Source: a virus
Lineage: Duplodnaviria > Caudoviricetes
DNA: 64,000 nt
Virus record (IMG/VR): IMGVR_UViG_3300020577_007160
Span: 32,001-96,000 of that record
Reading direction: 5' to 3' (one strand)
Shown here in pieces: positions 42,360 to 52,396 of the stretch. The first letter of the stretch is position 1; every line of letters starts with the position of its first letter. The notes beneath the pieces are model-generated. The model was not told the DNA's origin. It saw only the letters and a list, made by a program, of their open reading frames with translations, and did no database searches. Made by a program: the position numbers and the translations under genes.

Positions 42360-43486
42360 ATTTCAGGAGTAGTGACTGCAACAGGTGGTTTATATTGGAG
42401 TAATTCTTGAAATTCATTTACTCTGGTTATGAGATGGCTCAACGGATGAAGACGTTTTAAATTTTCATAAGCATGAAATTTAAAAAAATCAAAAATTGGA
42501 AATCCAGGTAAAGCTGAGAGTTCGTCTAATAAGTCTGATCGAGAACGAACTGATTTCTTTATACCCATGAAGTCTAATTTTATCCAACCTGCTTTCGCAA
42601 AATCAATTCCTGGGATCTGATATTCTGTAGCAACAATGTATTCAATGAGAGAATCTAAAGAATCAAAACCAGTATCAAAATATTGAGATAAATAAACCTT
42701 TTGTTTTTCTGGTGACTGCTTGGATTTCCAAAGAGTCATTGTTGTTTTAAATCCAATGAGTATTTTCTCATTATTTTTATCATAAATAGGAGAACTCTTC
42801 TTCACGTCAATTCTTGCGGAAGCATGATGACGTATCCCATGACCACCAGATGGTTCATATTTCTGGGAAGAATAAATTGAGCCTCCTATGATATCATTGA
42901 CTTGAGAAACTAATAACAAGCAGGAATTTGTCGTTGATAACTCGTTAGAAACCACTCGTAACCATGACCGCAAAAGAATTGGTTTATCAGAATAAACTTT
43001 TGATAAACCTTCCTTACCCTTCACTCGGTCAATTTCTGACGTGGAAGGTGATGCAGAGATAGTATCCCAAATAATTAATATTGGATAATTACTCAGAGAA
43101 GCAATCTTCTCTATTGTTTTCATTATTATTGTTGCGCCTTGTTCAAACGAAGAGAATCTTGGGCGTAGAACTTTACTCGTATCTACGCCTAGAGATCTTG
43201 CTCTCTCTGTATCAAAGGAAGACTCAGACTCTAATAAAAGAACAACACCACCCAATTTCTGGAATTCAGCCATATTTTGGTATGTGAATGTTGTTTTCCC
43301 AGCACTCTCTTCTCCATAGAGTTCATAGATTTTACCAAGAAAATAACCACCACCAAGTATAACATCCATTGCGCCCACACCAGTAGATATTGCACTATTA
43401 CAATGCAAATCCCCTTCCTCGTTTTCGGGCTTTAATTCTATCTTACTTGTCTTAAAATGACCTGAAATTTCTTCTATTATATCCAT
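42356..43486 (-). CDS. recA: RecA/UvsX recombinase
   Basis: ISTG...D.ILGGG, ELYGEESAGKTT, IIWDTI, PSGGHGIRHHAS. Confidence 0.92.
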   Translation of the reverse strand: MDIIEEISGHFKTSKIELKPENEEGDLHCNSAISTGVGAMDVILGGGYFLGKIYELYGEESAGKTTFTYQNMAEFQKLGGVVLLLESESSFDTERARSLGVDTSKVLRPRFSSFEQGATIIMKTIEKIASLSNYPILIIWDTISASPSTSEIDRVKGKEGLSKVYSDKPILLRSWLRVVSNELSTTNSCLLLVSQVNDIIGGSIYSSQKYEPSGGHGIRHHASARIDVKKSSPIYDKNNEKILIGFKTTMTLWKSKQSPEKQKVYLSQYFDTGFDSLDSLIEYIVATEYQIPGIDFAKAGWIKLDFMGIKKSVRSRSDLLDELSALPGFPIFDFFKFHAYENLKRLHPLSHLITRVNEFQELLQYKPPVAVTTPEI

Positions 43487-43495
43487 CTTATTTTA

Positions 43496-44578
43496 TTAAC
43501 CCTTCTTTATTTTCTCAGCACATTGAATTTCATAAACACAAATCTGACAAATCATTTCTTTGGGATTAAAAATGTCTTTATTTCCAAAACACTCTGGTGC
43601 GTCCTTTGGTAAGGATGACTTGACTGGAGCTACTGTTGGCGGATCAACAGTAGAAGTCACTACTGGTGCTGTTGGTTGCGGTGATGATTGCACCACTGGT
43701 AACTCCAGTGCAGGAGTCGTTGGAACTGATGTTGGTTCTGATTGCTCGCTAACCTGCACCGAAGGTGGTGCTTGAGGTGCAACTGGTATTGAAGGTGCTG
43801 GCATCGGTGCGGAAGCAAAAGTCTTACCAACCAGATTAAAATTTTCTAATAATCTATTCCGATATAATTCTGCTGATTCTTTTATTTTCTCAAATACTTG
43901 AGCACTCGGATATGCAAACACAGCATCGAGATCCGGAAGATCTTTCAGAAACTCTTCAATTTCATCAGTATTGGTTATTATTGGAGAAGTTGTTGGTACA
44001 ACGTCCCGATCATATGTTGTCTTTTTATTGACTTCATTTCTTGTTATTTTGAGATCTCTTCCATTCAAAGGATCAGTAATATCCCCAAAATCTGGATCCA
44101 TTAATTTTGACCATATCCATGCTTTCATTGTTGGTGGAAAATTTCCAATATGAATAACCTTTGGATCAACTTCAGGAAAATTAGTACTACTCCGCACCAG
44201 AACATTCATGTAGTAACGATGAACTGGATTTGCTTTCCAAGCATCAAATGCAAACTTTTTACCCCTTTCAGAAAGATAATCAATTTCCCGAATTACTTTC
44301 ATTATTGGGCATTCCACTCCTTTTTCTGGGAACATTTTTTCAACGCAAAAATGATTCGCAGTTTTGCTAGGATCTAATGTTGGTAATTTAAAAAATTGAA
44401 AAACATCTTTTCCAAAGTCGCCCCGTTGCGAATATGGAGGAAGTACTCGTATTCTATGAAGCCCCACCTTATCAGGACTAAACCATTTATAGGTTTTTCT
44501 TTGAGATGAATCTTTTGATTCATATTTATTTTGATTTTCAACAATGACTTTTCCTAAGTCAAGATTCGGCTTAAACAT
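43496..44578 (-). CDS. gp32-like single-stranded DNA-binding protein with Pro-rich linker and C-terminal Cys4 motif
   Basis: RIRVLPP, HFC...ECPI, RYYMNVLVR, DITDPLNGRDLKITR; adjacent to recA. Confidence 0.75.
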   Translation of the reverse strand: MFKPNLDLGKVIVENQNKYESKDSSQRKTYKWFSPDKVGLHRIRVLPPYSQRGDFGKDVFQFFKLPTLDPSKTANHFCVEKMFPEKGVECPIMKVIREIDYLSERGKKFAFDAWKANPVHRYYMNVLVRSSTNFPEVDPKVIHIGNFPPTMKAWIWSKLMDPDFGDITDPLNGRDLKITRNEVNKKTTYDRDVVPTTSPIITNTDEIEEFLKDLPDLDAVFAYPSAQVFEKIKESAELYRNRLLENFNLVGKTFASAPMPAPSIPVAPQAPPSVQVSEQSEPTSVPTTPALELPVVQSSPQPTAPVVTSTVDPPTVAPVKSSLPKDAPECFGNKDIFNPKEMICQICVYEIQCAEKIKKG

Positions 44579-44618
44579 GGATTAATCCTAAAATGTAAGA
44601 TGTATAATTATGAGTAAT

Positions 44619-44640
44619 GAACGTTTCAGATTGAATTAAG
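44619..44640 (-). promoter_or_regulatory. Motif A variant upstream of SSB
   Basis: GAACGT-ttcagattgaa-TTAAG; spacer nearly identical to the 48673 copy. Confidence 0.55.
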
Positions 44641-46456
44641 ATAATTCGGTTATTCCGTTTATTTTTGTTAAGTTTATCTGGTTATCAAAATATTCGTAGG
44701 GTAAGTCTGGAATATGACTTATGATATAAACACAAAAATCTTTGTAATTTTCTCGAACTAAAGAAAGAACATTGAGAATACCTTCCCTGTCCAAAGAATC
44801 AAATATTTCATCAAGTACAAGAATGTTAGCATTAAGATTAGATATATTGAAAATTAAATCTCGTATTGATAGTTGAATTAAAATATCTATTCTCCGAGAC
44901 TGACCACCGGAACAATCAGTATAATCAAATATATTCCCCATGGAATCTTCTAACTCTATTGAAATTTTAGAAGACTCTAAGGTTTCCCCTTTGAATATTA
45001 ATCGAGCTACAGCATTGGAAAATAGAAACTGAGAATATTCTTCTAAAGAAGAATTTAATGCTTCAATATCCTGAGCTATAATGTAAGAACGTATTCCTCG
45101 TGGAGAAAATATTTTATCGAGTTCCTTATAAATTAAGGAATTTTTACTGAGAATAGTAGAAGAGTTTTCTAATTCAGAAATTACTTTTTTTAAGTTTTTA
45201 ATTTTTAAGGATAAATCCTCTATGGAAGATTCTGATGTTTCTAATTTTTGAAGTATTAATTGGCGGTTTCTTTCATAAGTAGATTCAATCTCTTGAATCT
45301 GCCTTTTCGTTGCTTCTTCACTAGTAATCAATGTAGTAATTGTACTATCAATTAATGAGTTTTTCTGATATAAATTTTGTATAAAATTATTTAATTCTTG
45401 ATATTGTTCTTCTTGTTCTTGGACAAGAGATTGTATTTGAGTTCTTTGAACTTGTAATTCTTCTAACTTAAGAGTTAAATCATTAATTTTATCTTTATAA
45501 AAATCTTGCGTATTCTTCCCACATATCTTGCATTCCCCATTAGGAATATACTTTAATTCATATTCGATATTTTGAAAAGATTGTTGTATTGTATCAAATT
45601 GTTTTTTATCCTTGTTTCTTTTTGGTTCTAAGTCCAAAAGAAGTTTCTTATTAGATTGAAGATGTTCATTGATATTTTCTTTTTTCTTTGAAAAAAGATT
45701 TTTCTGTGATTGATATTCTGTTAGGGCTTCGGACAATCCCTGAACTCTCGAAAGATCGGGTTTTAATTCTTGGAGTTTTACAGAATATTCTTGTATTAAA
45801 ATTTTATTATTTTGTATATCATTTTCTAATGATGGGATGTTTTCTTCTGAATAGATTTTAATCTTTGATTGTAATTGTGTTAATTCTTTGGTTATTGTTA
45901 AATCTTTTTTTGATGCTATTTCTCGTGCCTTATCCCAGACTTCAACATTACGAATTTTCTCTAAAAGTAATCTACGTTCGGTTTCTGTGAGAAGAGAAAA
46001 TCTTGAATTGAATCCCTGAGTTAAAAATATTGTAGAATCAAATAGATCTTTTGATATTCCTAATAATCTAAATATGAAATTCTGATTCTCTTTCATTCGC
46101 TTCAATGAAACATCTTTTCCATCAGAAAATATTTTAATACTGTCTTCAAATATGGAATGCTTCCTGTAACGAATTATAGTATAATTTTCAGTATTAGAAT
46201 CAAAATTAAGTTCAACAGAAGTATCACCTCCAGATTGGCGATTGACAATTGAATCTGCAGTTTTTCCTCTTGAGGTTTCCCCGTAAAGAGCCCACATTAC
46301 TGCATCAAATAATGAGGACTTTCCACTTCCATTTGAAGTGGATTTAGTATCATCTAAATTGATACCTCTAACAAAAGTTATACCTTTTGTGAATTGTAAG
46401 GTAATGTCTTCAATTGAAAGAAAATTCTTTATACTAATGTACTTAAATTCTATCAT
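44636..46456 (-). CDS. SbcC/Rad50/gp46-like ATPase
   Basis: NGSGKSS, CKIC zinc hook, CSGGQ, LVLDEIFDSLD, ISH. Confidence 0.92.
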   Translation of the reverse strand: MIEFKYISIKNFLSIEDITLQFTKGITFVRGINLDDTKSTSNGSGKSSLFDAVMWALYGETSRGKTADSIVNRQSGGDTSVELNFDSNTENYTIIRYRKHSIFEDSIKIFSDGKDVSLKRMKENQNFIFRLLGISKDLFDSTIFLTQGFNSRFSLLTETERRLLLEKIRNVEVWDKAREIASKKDLTITKELTQLQSKIKIYSEENIPSLENDIQNNKILIQEYSVKLQELKPDLSRVQGLSEALTEYQSQKNLFSKKKENINEHLQSNKKLLLDLEPKRNKDKKQFDTIQQSFQNIEYELKYIPNGECKICGKNTQDFYKDKINDLTLKLEELQVQRTQIQSLVQEQEEQYQELNNFIQNLYQKNSLIDSTITTLITSEEATKRQIQEIESTYERNRQLILQKLETSESSIEDLSLKIKNLKKVISELENSSTILSKNSLIYKELDKIFSPRGIRSYIIAQDIEALNSSLEEYSQFLFSNAVARLIFKGETLESSKISIELEDSMGNIFDYTDCSGGQSRRIDILIQLSIRDLIFNISNLNANILVLDEIFDSLDREGILNVLSLVRENYKDFCVYIISHIPDLPYEYFDNQINLTKINGITELS

Positions 46457-47405
46457 AAAATAATTTATTAATATTTTGACTCAACATTGCAGAAGAAAAA
46501 CTATAAAATTCATATCTTTGAATAATATCATTTATCTCATTTTGAGAATAGTCTAATCTTTCTAAAATTTTAGTTTTTATTCTTGTGCGGGAATCAAGAT
46601 CAAAATTTACTTTCGATAAGTCTACAAGTTCAAGATTGAGTTTCAAACGAGAAATAACTTCATCAGTTCCTAACAATTTACCCTTTCCCTTTTGCATAGT
46701 AGACCAAGACTGAATGGATTCGATGGTAGGGGTGGATAACTCAGAAAGCATCTTCTTAACCGATACCTGCCCGAATCCCTTCAATACGGAAGGGATATTA
46801 TCATGACCACCCAAAATAGATAAATATAAGCAATGATGTTTCGGGGATTCTACTTCGAGAACTTCTCGAAAGTTTTCAAGAGAGATATATTCTTGTTTTG
46901 TTGCTCGAAAAATATCAACATCATCTTTGACTAATTGACACCAGTCATAATCATCACTCACAAGAATCTTCTTCTTGTTTTCTAAATTCATACGAGAAAT
47001 GAAACCCGCTAAGTCATCTGCTTCATAAGAGTTTTCCCACAAAACTTTAATACCTAATTTTGGTAAAATTGATTTAACTAAATCTTTTTGTTCCTTATAA
47101 AATTCACCCATACTACAACCAAGAATCTCGTCATGTTGATTCCACGTATCATCGGGTTTTTCTGGTCTTAATTTATAATTTTCATCTATTGCTAGTCGAA
47201 AACTCTTTCCCGTAGAAAGAAGAAAATAAACCTCAACAATATTATGTTGAGATAAGGAATCCAATATTCCGAATAAAGAATTCAATACACCATAAAGTAT
47301 TCCAGTTCTTACTCCGTCTTTTGTCCTAAATTCTCTTAATTTAGGGACATAAATACAACGATGAAGATACATATCACCATCAATTAAGAGAACTCCCTGC
47401 TTCAT
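46443..47405 (-). CDS. 5'-3' exonuclease / flap endonuclease
   Basis: LLIDG, YEADDLAG, VSDDYDWCQL, DNIP...GFG. Confidence 0.9.
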   Translation of the reverse strand: MKQGVLLIDGDMYLHRCIYVPKLREFRTKDGVRTGILYGVLNSLFGILDSLSQHNIVEVYFLLSTGKSFRLAIDENYKLRPEKPDDTWNQHDEILGCSMGEFYKEQKDLVKSILPKLGIKVLWENSYEADDLAGFISRMNLENKKKILVSDDYDWCQLVKDDVDIFRATKQEYISLENFREVLEVESPKHHCLYLSILGGHDNIPSVLKGFGQVSVKKMLSELSTPTIESIQSWSTMQKGKGKLLGTDEVISRLKLNLELVDLSKVNFDLDSRTRIKTKILERLDYSQNEINDIIQRYEFYSFSSAMLSQNINKLFYDRI

Positions 47406-48453
47406 TTATGCATCCCTTCCCGTACAATAATAAGTCTTCAACATCAGATTTAATATCTATATTCTTTAAATAATGCTCAAATAATTCATTATTTGTCAAT
47501 GAAGTAAATTTAACAACATCCTTTTGTTTATCTTTTTTAATTGAAACTAATTTCTCGGTTCTGTACCCAAGAAACCTTTTGAGTTCAATCTGAACTTCAT
47601 TTATTTCTTCTACAGTATTAGCAGCATAATAAACATAAGAATTATCAGACAATTTATCAAGATCATATCTTGAATAAACTCTAACTAACTTAGGAGAAAT
47701 TTTATTAGGTATTAAAGTGAAATCTAAAGTTTCTGAATCTATGATATAGATTCCACGTTGAATCGCTAATTCTGGTTCATCAATATTTACTTGAAGTAAT
47801 GATCCTGGGAATACTATATTCCCTAATATTTGAGGTATGTGGTGGTGGCCATTAAAAACTAATCCAAAAGATTTAACCTGAGCAGTTAAATCAACATATT
47901 CGGATTCTTCTAAAGATTGATTAGATTTTTTAAAATACTTATAATATCCACCTTTAAGAGATAAATGCCCAAAAAATATAGACTTCTCTTTGTTGGTTAA
48001 TATAGATTCAGGCAAAGAAAACTTATCTTTACTAAAGTAATAGGGACAAAATACTAAGTTTTCTGATTTTAATAAATCTTTTACTACAATGGTATTTGGG
48101 TAATCATTTAAGAAATCAATTATAGATACTTCTCTATTTTCTGAAATAAAATCATGATTCCCTAATAAGATATAATGCACCGCATTAATAGAATTACAAG
48201 ATTCACATAATCGTTTTAACATTGAAAATGATGTTGTCACCGTATGAGAATCCAAAGAATTCATTGAATGATAAATATCCCCACCACAAACAACAATATC
48301 GGGTTTATGGTGTTCTATTTGTTCAATGACAAATTCTAATGCTTCACAAGTATGGTCTAATAAATTAGAGTGACCATTTTTAGATATCTTAAAAAAGTCA
48401 CCATTATATCGAAAATGAATATCAGTATAAAAAAGTATTTTCATCAATATCAA
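47380..48453 (-). CDS. SbcD/Mre11/gp47-like nuclease
   Basis: TDIH, GGDIYH, GNHD, GH, NGHHH, PGS. Confidence 0.92.
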   Translation of the reverse strand: MILMKILFYTDIHFRYNGDFFKISKNGHSNLLDHTCEALEFVIEQIEHHKPDIVVCGGDIYHSMNSLDSHTVTTSFSMLKRLCESCNSINAVHYILLGNHDFISENREVSIIDFLNDYPNTIVVKDLLKSENLVFCPYYFSKDKFSLPESILTNKEKSIFFGHLSLKGGYYKYFKKSNQSLEESEYVDLTAQVKSFGLVFNGHHHIPQILGNIVFPGSLLQVNIDEPELAIQRGIYIIDSETLDFTLIPNKISPKLVRVYSRYDLDKLSDNSYVYYAANTVEEINEVQIELKRFLGYRTEKLVSIKKDKQKDVVKFTSLTNNELFEHYLKNIDIKSDVEDLLLYGKGCINEAGSSLN

Positions 48454-48672
48454 AATTATTTAGTAACACTTCGTAAACATAATCTAAATCAAATCCAAGA
48501 GATTTAATAAATCCAAAAACAGTATTCAAAGAATAACACAAAGAATTTGGAATACTAAAATACCATTGATATTCTTCAAAAGAGTAATAACTAATATTTA
48601 GTATATTAAATAACTTAATTAGTTGTTCGGTATTCAAATAATATGTTGTATTAAATATACTCATGTTCCTAT

Positions 48673-48719
48673 GAACGTTTCAGATTGATTAAAATAAAAA
48701 TGCCCACCAATGGTGGGCA
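48673..48719 (-). promoter_or_regulatory. Terminator (48701-48719) plus motif A (48673-48694)
   Basis: tgcccacca-a-tggtgggca; GAACGT-N11-TAAAA. Confidence 0.75.
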
Positions 48720-48743
48720 AATCTAGAGAAGATATTCTGAGAA

Positions 48744-49163
48744 TTAACGAATCAAATCCATATTCAACGGAACATCATAATTATTTTTAGTGTAGTGATT
48801 ACGGGTAGTTTTTATTCCGTATTGTATGGATCGAACATCAATAGTATCCCTCGTTACTGTTCCATCTGAATCTACCCAAATATAACCAAAAACCCTAGGA
48901 CTTCCATTTCCTGTATTGAAAACATTCTCACAAGAAACTCTGTATTTTGAAACTCGAGAATTTGAAGACTCTTCCGAAAAGTTAATAGTTCCTAAGTATT
49001 CTGCAAATCTTATATTATTACCATTAATAATCTCGTCTTTGAAATATTCATAAAGTTCTTCCCCACATTCCCCCCTTGTACAACGGTACGCACGTGAAGT
49101 ACTAGATTCTTTAACAAGAACTTTTTCTTCTAACCTTAATATTCTTCTTTCGATTGAATTCAT
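48744..49163 (-). CDS. Leader-family protein
   Basis: MNSIERRILRLEEKVLVKES. Confidence 0.8.
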   Translation of the reverse strand: MNSIERRILRLEEKVLVKESSTSRAYRCTRGECGEELYEYFKDEIINGNNIRFAEYLGTINFSEESSNSRVSKYRVSCENVFNTGNGSPRVFGYIWVDSDGTVTRDTIDVRSIQYGIKTTRNHYTKNNYDVPLNMDLIR

Positions 49164-49214
49164 TTGATTTTCCTTTTATTAGTTGAATTGAAAACTATAC
49201 AACTAATATATATA
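49117..49214 (-). repeat. Motif B plus leader-coding repeat, type I copy
   Basis: About 98 bp near-identical to 15302-15400. Confidence 0.85.
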
Positions 49215-50033
49215 TTACCATTTTAAATTAGAACCAAAATCAAAATAATGCCTATCTAATTTATATTTAAATTTCATTCTATCAATTATATTAAAATACT
49301 TTTGTTTTTCAGTACAAGCAGGATTAATTATATTATTCGGTTCTCCATAACTAGTCTTCATCATATAATAAACCTTTCCGAGAACTTTTTGACCAAATCT
49401 ATCAAATTTCACATTAAGAAATTCATCCAATGGAGCATTAAAATTAGAACCTTCATAGAGTTTTTCTACTTCACTTATGAAGTTCTTTGACAAACCTACC
49501 GAACGTAAATATCCAGATATAGTAACACTCTCGAATTCAGTTGGAATTGCATTGTCTCTCAAAATAATAAGAGTCTCAATTATTGATTCTAAATTCTGCA
49601 ATTCAAATGGTTCATTAAATCTTATATCTTGAAAGAATTGTTCAATGTCCCGCTTGAGTGATAATACATTAGCACTATGAATCTTGATTGGTAACGTTAC
49701 TTTTGATTCAGATAATTGATTTTTTGATTCTCTGAAATTTCGCTTATTCCAAATAATATCATAGAATTTATCAACACAATACCCTTCTGGAGAAATGCCT
49801 TCAGTTATTCCTGGAATAATTACATCTTCGTAATCTTCAAGAAGTTGAGATAAAAATGGTTCAAATTCATTTCTGGGGTCAGTACCTTCATAAAGTTTTT
49901 CTATAATTGCCTTTACCTTTTGAACATAATCAAAAGCAATATCATTATACTTCTTCATATCAGAAACAAGAAGTTTCTCTCTTTGGGAAACTTCTTGTGA
50001 ATTCAAATCAAATTCTCTTAACCGTCTTTTCAT
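49215..50033 (-). CDS. Hypothetical protein, possibly an internal head protein
   Basis: LRE, FRES, LSES motifs; lies among leader-family genes. Confidence 0.5.
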   Translation of the reverse strand: MKRRLREFDLNSQEVSQREKLLVSDMKKYNDIAFDYVQKVKAIIEKLYEGTDPRNEFEPFLSQLLEDYEDVIIPGITEGISPEGYCVDKFYDIIWNKRNFRESKNQLSESKVTLPIKIHSANVLSLKRDIEQFFQDIRFNEPFELQNLESIIETLIILRDNAIPTEFESVTISGYLRSVGLSKNFISEVEKLYEGSNFNAPLDEFLNVKFDRFGQKVLGKVYYMMKTSYGEPNNIINPACTEKQKYFNIIDRMKFKYKLDRHYFDFGSNLKW

Positions 50034-50103
50034 AATATGAAAAATTTAATATTTAGTATTAGAACCGAGACCTAATCCACTAATTGATTTACACAATATC
50101 ATT

Positions 50104-50483
50104 TTAAGTCTCTATATCATCCTCAAATTGACTCGCATAATACCATTCTAATTCTCTTTTATTTTCCATCTTTTTTAGCCATTTATACTCTAATCCTGTG
50201 TACTTCTTTATAAATTTGGCTTCCTGATCATATAAATCAACATCTACCGCATTAATAGATTTTCCATTAATCTTTATCCACTGGTCTAATCCTAAATGAA
50301 CTATAAAAGACTTACCACGATATTTAAAAGAATATTCTGTATATCCATAACGATCATAACCTGACCCATGAGATCCATTTTTTACCTTAAAATCTAAAAA
50401 TAAATTATCATTGGATTCTCCAAGTATACATTCTTCTAATTTTTCAATACGCTCTAGAAGAGAGAGAGAGATTGGTGTTTCAT
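50104..50483 (-). pseudogene. Frameshifted leader-family gene (125 aa if one AG unit is removed from (AG)6 at 50459-50470)
   Basis: SD AAGGA plus ATG at 50483 hits TAG after 9 codons; the shifted frame reads SLSLLERIEKLEECILGES... open to TAA at 50104. Confidence 0.8.
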
Positions 50484-50495
50484 TATTATTATTCC

Positions 50496-50777
50496 TTATT
50501 GTTTTATATAATGTTTATCCCTAGCAGAACTAGGAAAAGAACTTAATTTTCGTCCTATTTTATTAAAGAGTTCAACATAAACACAACCTTGTTCTTCCCA
50601 ATCAGAAAATGCTTTAGTGCTTGTATCATATTTTTTCTTTAATGGCTTCCTATCCATAAAATAGATAATAGCATAATTCCCAGAATTAGATTCGATTAGC
50701 TTACTTTCCACCCCAACTTTTCTTTCCAATCTATCTATTCTTTCCACTAAAGAAAGACTTGAATTTGAAAATTTCAT
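50496..50777 (-). CDS. Leader-family protein
   Basis: MKFSNSSLSLVERIDRLERKVGVESKLIES. Confidence 0.8.
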   Translation of the reverse strand: MKFSNSSLSLVERIDRLERKVGVESKLIESNSGNYAIIYFMDRKPLKKKYDTSTKAFSDWEEQGCVYVELFNKIGRKLSSFPSSARDKHYIKQ

Positions 50778-50792
50778 TCAGTACCTAAATGC

Positions 50793-51659
50793 TCATTGTT
50801 GTATATAATAAAATTCAACTGTCAATCCAGCATTATTCCATGACAATAATCTTATATATTTTACTGGATTTATTGTTGCTGTTTTATAAGAACCAGAACT
50901 AACCGTCACAGTACTTGATTCAACATATGTTAAATCATCATCAGACTCCATGATTCGAACAACAATACTTCCACCAGTAGCATTATACAAAGATATTAAA
51001 TTATAGTATTCTTGATTACTCTTAACATAAAAATCATTATAGGTAGAATTCCGATGCTTATAATCACAAGTCAATGCAGCAGAAGTATCTGGTGGTTGAA
51101 TAAAGAACAGAAGAAATGTTCCATCAGTATAATTGATATATCCATCCGCAACTTTCTGATGGATTAATTCTCTGTTTTTATTGTCAGTAATTGATATCTG
51201 AGTAGATAAAAAATTAATCTTAAATGTCACTGTTCCTGGGACAATTTTTCCTTGTGCTAATTTTCCTCGGAACTTCGTGACATTGGCTGCACCAGAGAGT
51301 CCTGTTGATTCTGCTGTTACCTGTGTTGGACTCGCAACAACATACGTGTAATTGACAGTGATGTTCGTTGAGTTGTCGGGTGCGGTTGTATAGGTTAAAT
51401 CCCAGATACCTGTAGTGTAATTGATTGTACCCGTTACTCCTGTTCCGGTTAGTGTTCCAGAACCGTTATCAGTAGCAGTAACCGGAGACGCTGCAATAGT
51501 TGCAGTAAATGTTATGGTAGAAACCTGAATAGAGCCATGAGCAAGAGTTCCTGAAAATATCTTCAACGTTCCATTAGGAGAAGATGATGCAACTTCAGAA
51601 CTAACAGCTGTTCCAGCTGCATATGAACTTGTCGTTATGGCTTTTATTCGTGACGGCAT
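50793..51659 (-). CDS. Virion structural protein with two beta-rich repeats
   Basis: TDNGSGTLTGTGVTGTINYTTG...APDN; paralog of 17471 and 52363. Confidence 0.7.
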   Translation of the reverse strand: MPSRIKAITTSSYAAGTAVSSEVASSSPNGTLKIFSGTLAHGSIQVSTITFTATIAASPVTATDNGSGTLTGTGVTGTINYTTGIWDLTYTTAPDNSTNITVNYTYVVASPTQVTAESTGLSGAANVTKFRGKLAQGKIVPGTVTFKINFLSTQISITDNKNRELIHQKVADGYINYTDGTFLLFFIQPPDTSAALTCDYKHRNSTYNDFYVKSNQEYYNLISLYNATGGSIVVRIMESDDDLTYVESSTVTVSSGSYKTATINPVKYIRLLSWNNAGLTVEFYYIQQ

Positions 51660-51661
51660 TT

Positions 51662-52084
51662 TTATCTTATATCCTCAATTTCCGTTACCCATTTTGGAAA
51701 ACCAACAAATGGGTCATCCTTACAATAAAGTGTGTAACTATTCCCGTTAGTTCCTCCAGAACCAACATATCTCCAATACCAATGAACATCAGCACAATAC
51801 ATTTTTTTGAGACCCAAAAAAGATTTATAATCTCTAATATACGTCTTTACTTCTAAAACTAATTCTGAAAATAAAGAAGCACATATACCAAGACGCTCTT
51901 CTTTGTAGGTTCTCTTAAAAGTATAAACATCGTCTTCTGAATAATCAGCTTTTTTCAAAATAGTCATTAGATTATTATCAAAATCTAAGAATTTTGCACT
52001 CTCTTCATTCAGCTTCTTTGAAGAAACTTTTTCTTCCAATCTTGATATTCTTCTTTCTATTGAATTCATTTTTATACTTTTCAA
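51662..52084 (-). CDS. Leader-family protein
   Basis: MNSIERRISRLEEKVSSKKLNEES. Confidence 0.78.
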   Translation of the reverse strand: MKSIKMNSIERRISRLEEKVSSKKLNEESAKFLDFDNNLMTILKKADYSEDDVYTFKRTYKEERLGICASLFSELVLEVKTYIRDYKSFLGLKKMYCADVHWYWRYVGSGGTNGNSYTLYCKDDPFVGFPKWVTEIEDIR

Positions 52085-52396
52085 TTAATAATTGTAAATG
52101 TTTTCTTCTAACTCATCTTTCAAAGATTCAAATTTTACTCCAAGTCTTCTCAAAATATCTTTTAACTCATTTATTGAATTCGTGAGTTGTCTTTTATACC
52201 TGTTATTCAATTCAGATTCAATATCCAGAATACTTGATTCTTCTAAACTATCCAATTTAGATAGCAAAATATCATAATATCTTAAAAAATAATCTAACTC
52301 AGTTAAAACTGAATTTTTAGATTTTTCAAGATCTCGTGTAAATTCTTCAGCTTCCCGTCTTTTCACAAAACCTCCAATTGGCATTTTAGCTGACAA
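52085..52396 (-). CDS. Coiled-coil hypothetical protein
   Basis: ORF track; heptad pattern. Confidence 0.6.
   Translation of the reverse strand: MSAKMPIGGFVKRREAEEFTRDLEKSKNSVLTELDYFLRYYDILLSKLDSLEESSILDIESELNNRYKRQLTNSINELKDILRRLGVKFESLKDELEENIYNY

Noticed and set aside
14731-49214. Cassettes as integron cassettes or IS/MITE elements
   Set aside because: No integrase or transposase in the window, and no attC-like sites, terminal inverted repeats or target duplications were seen.
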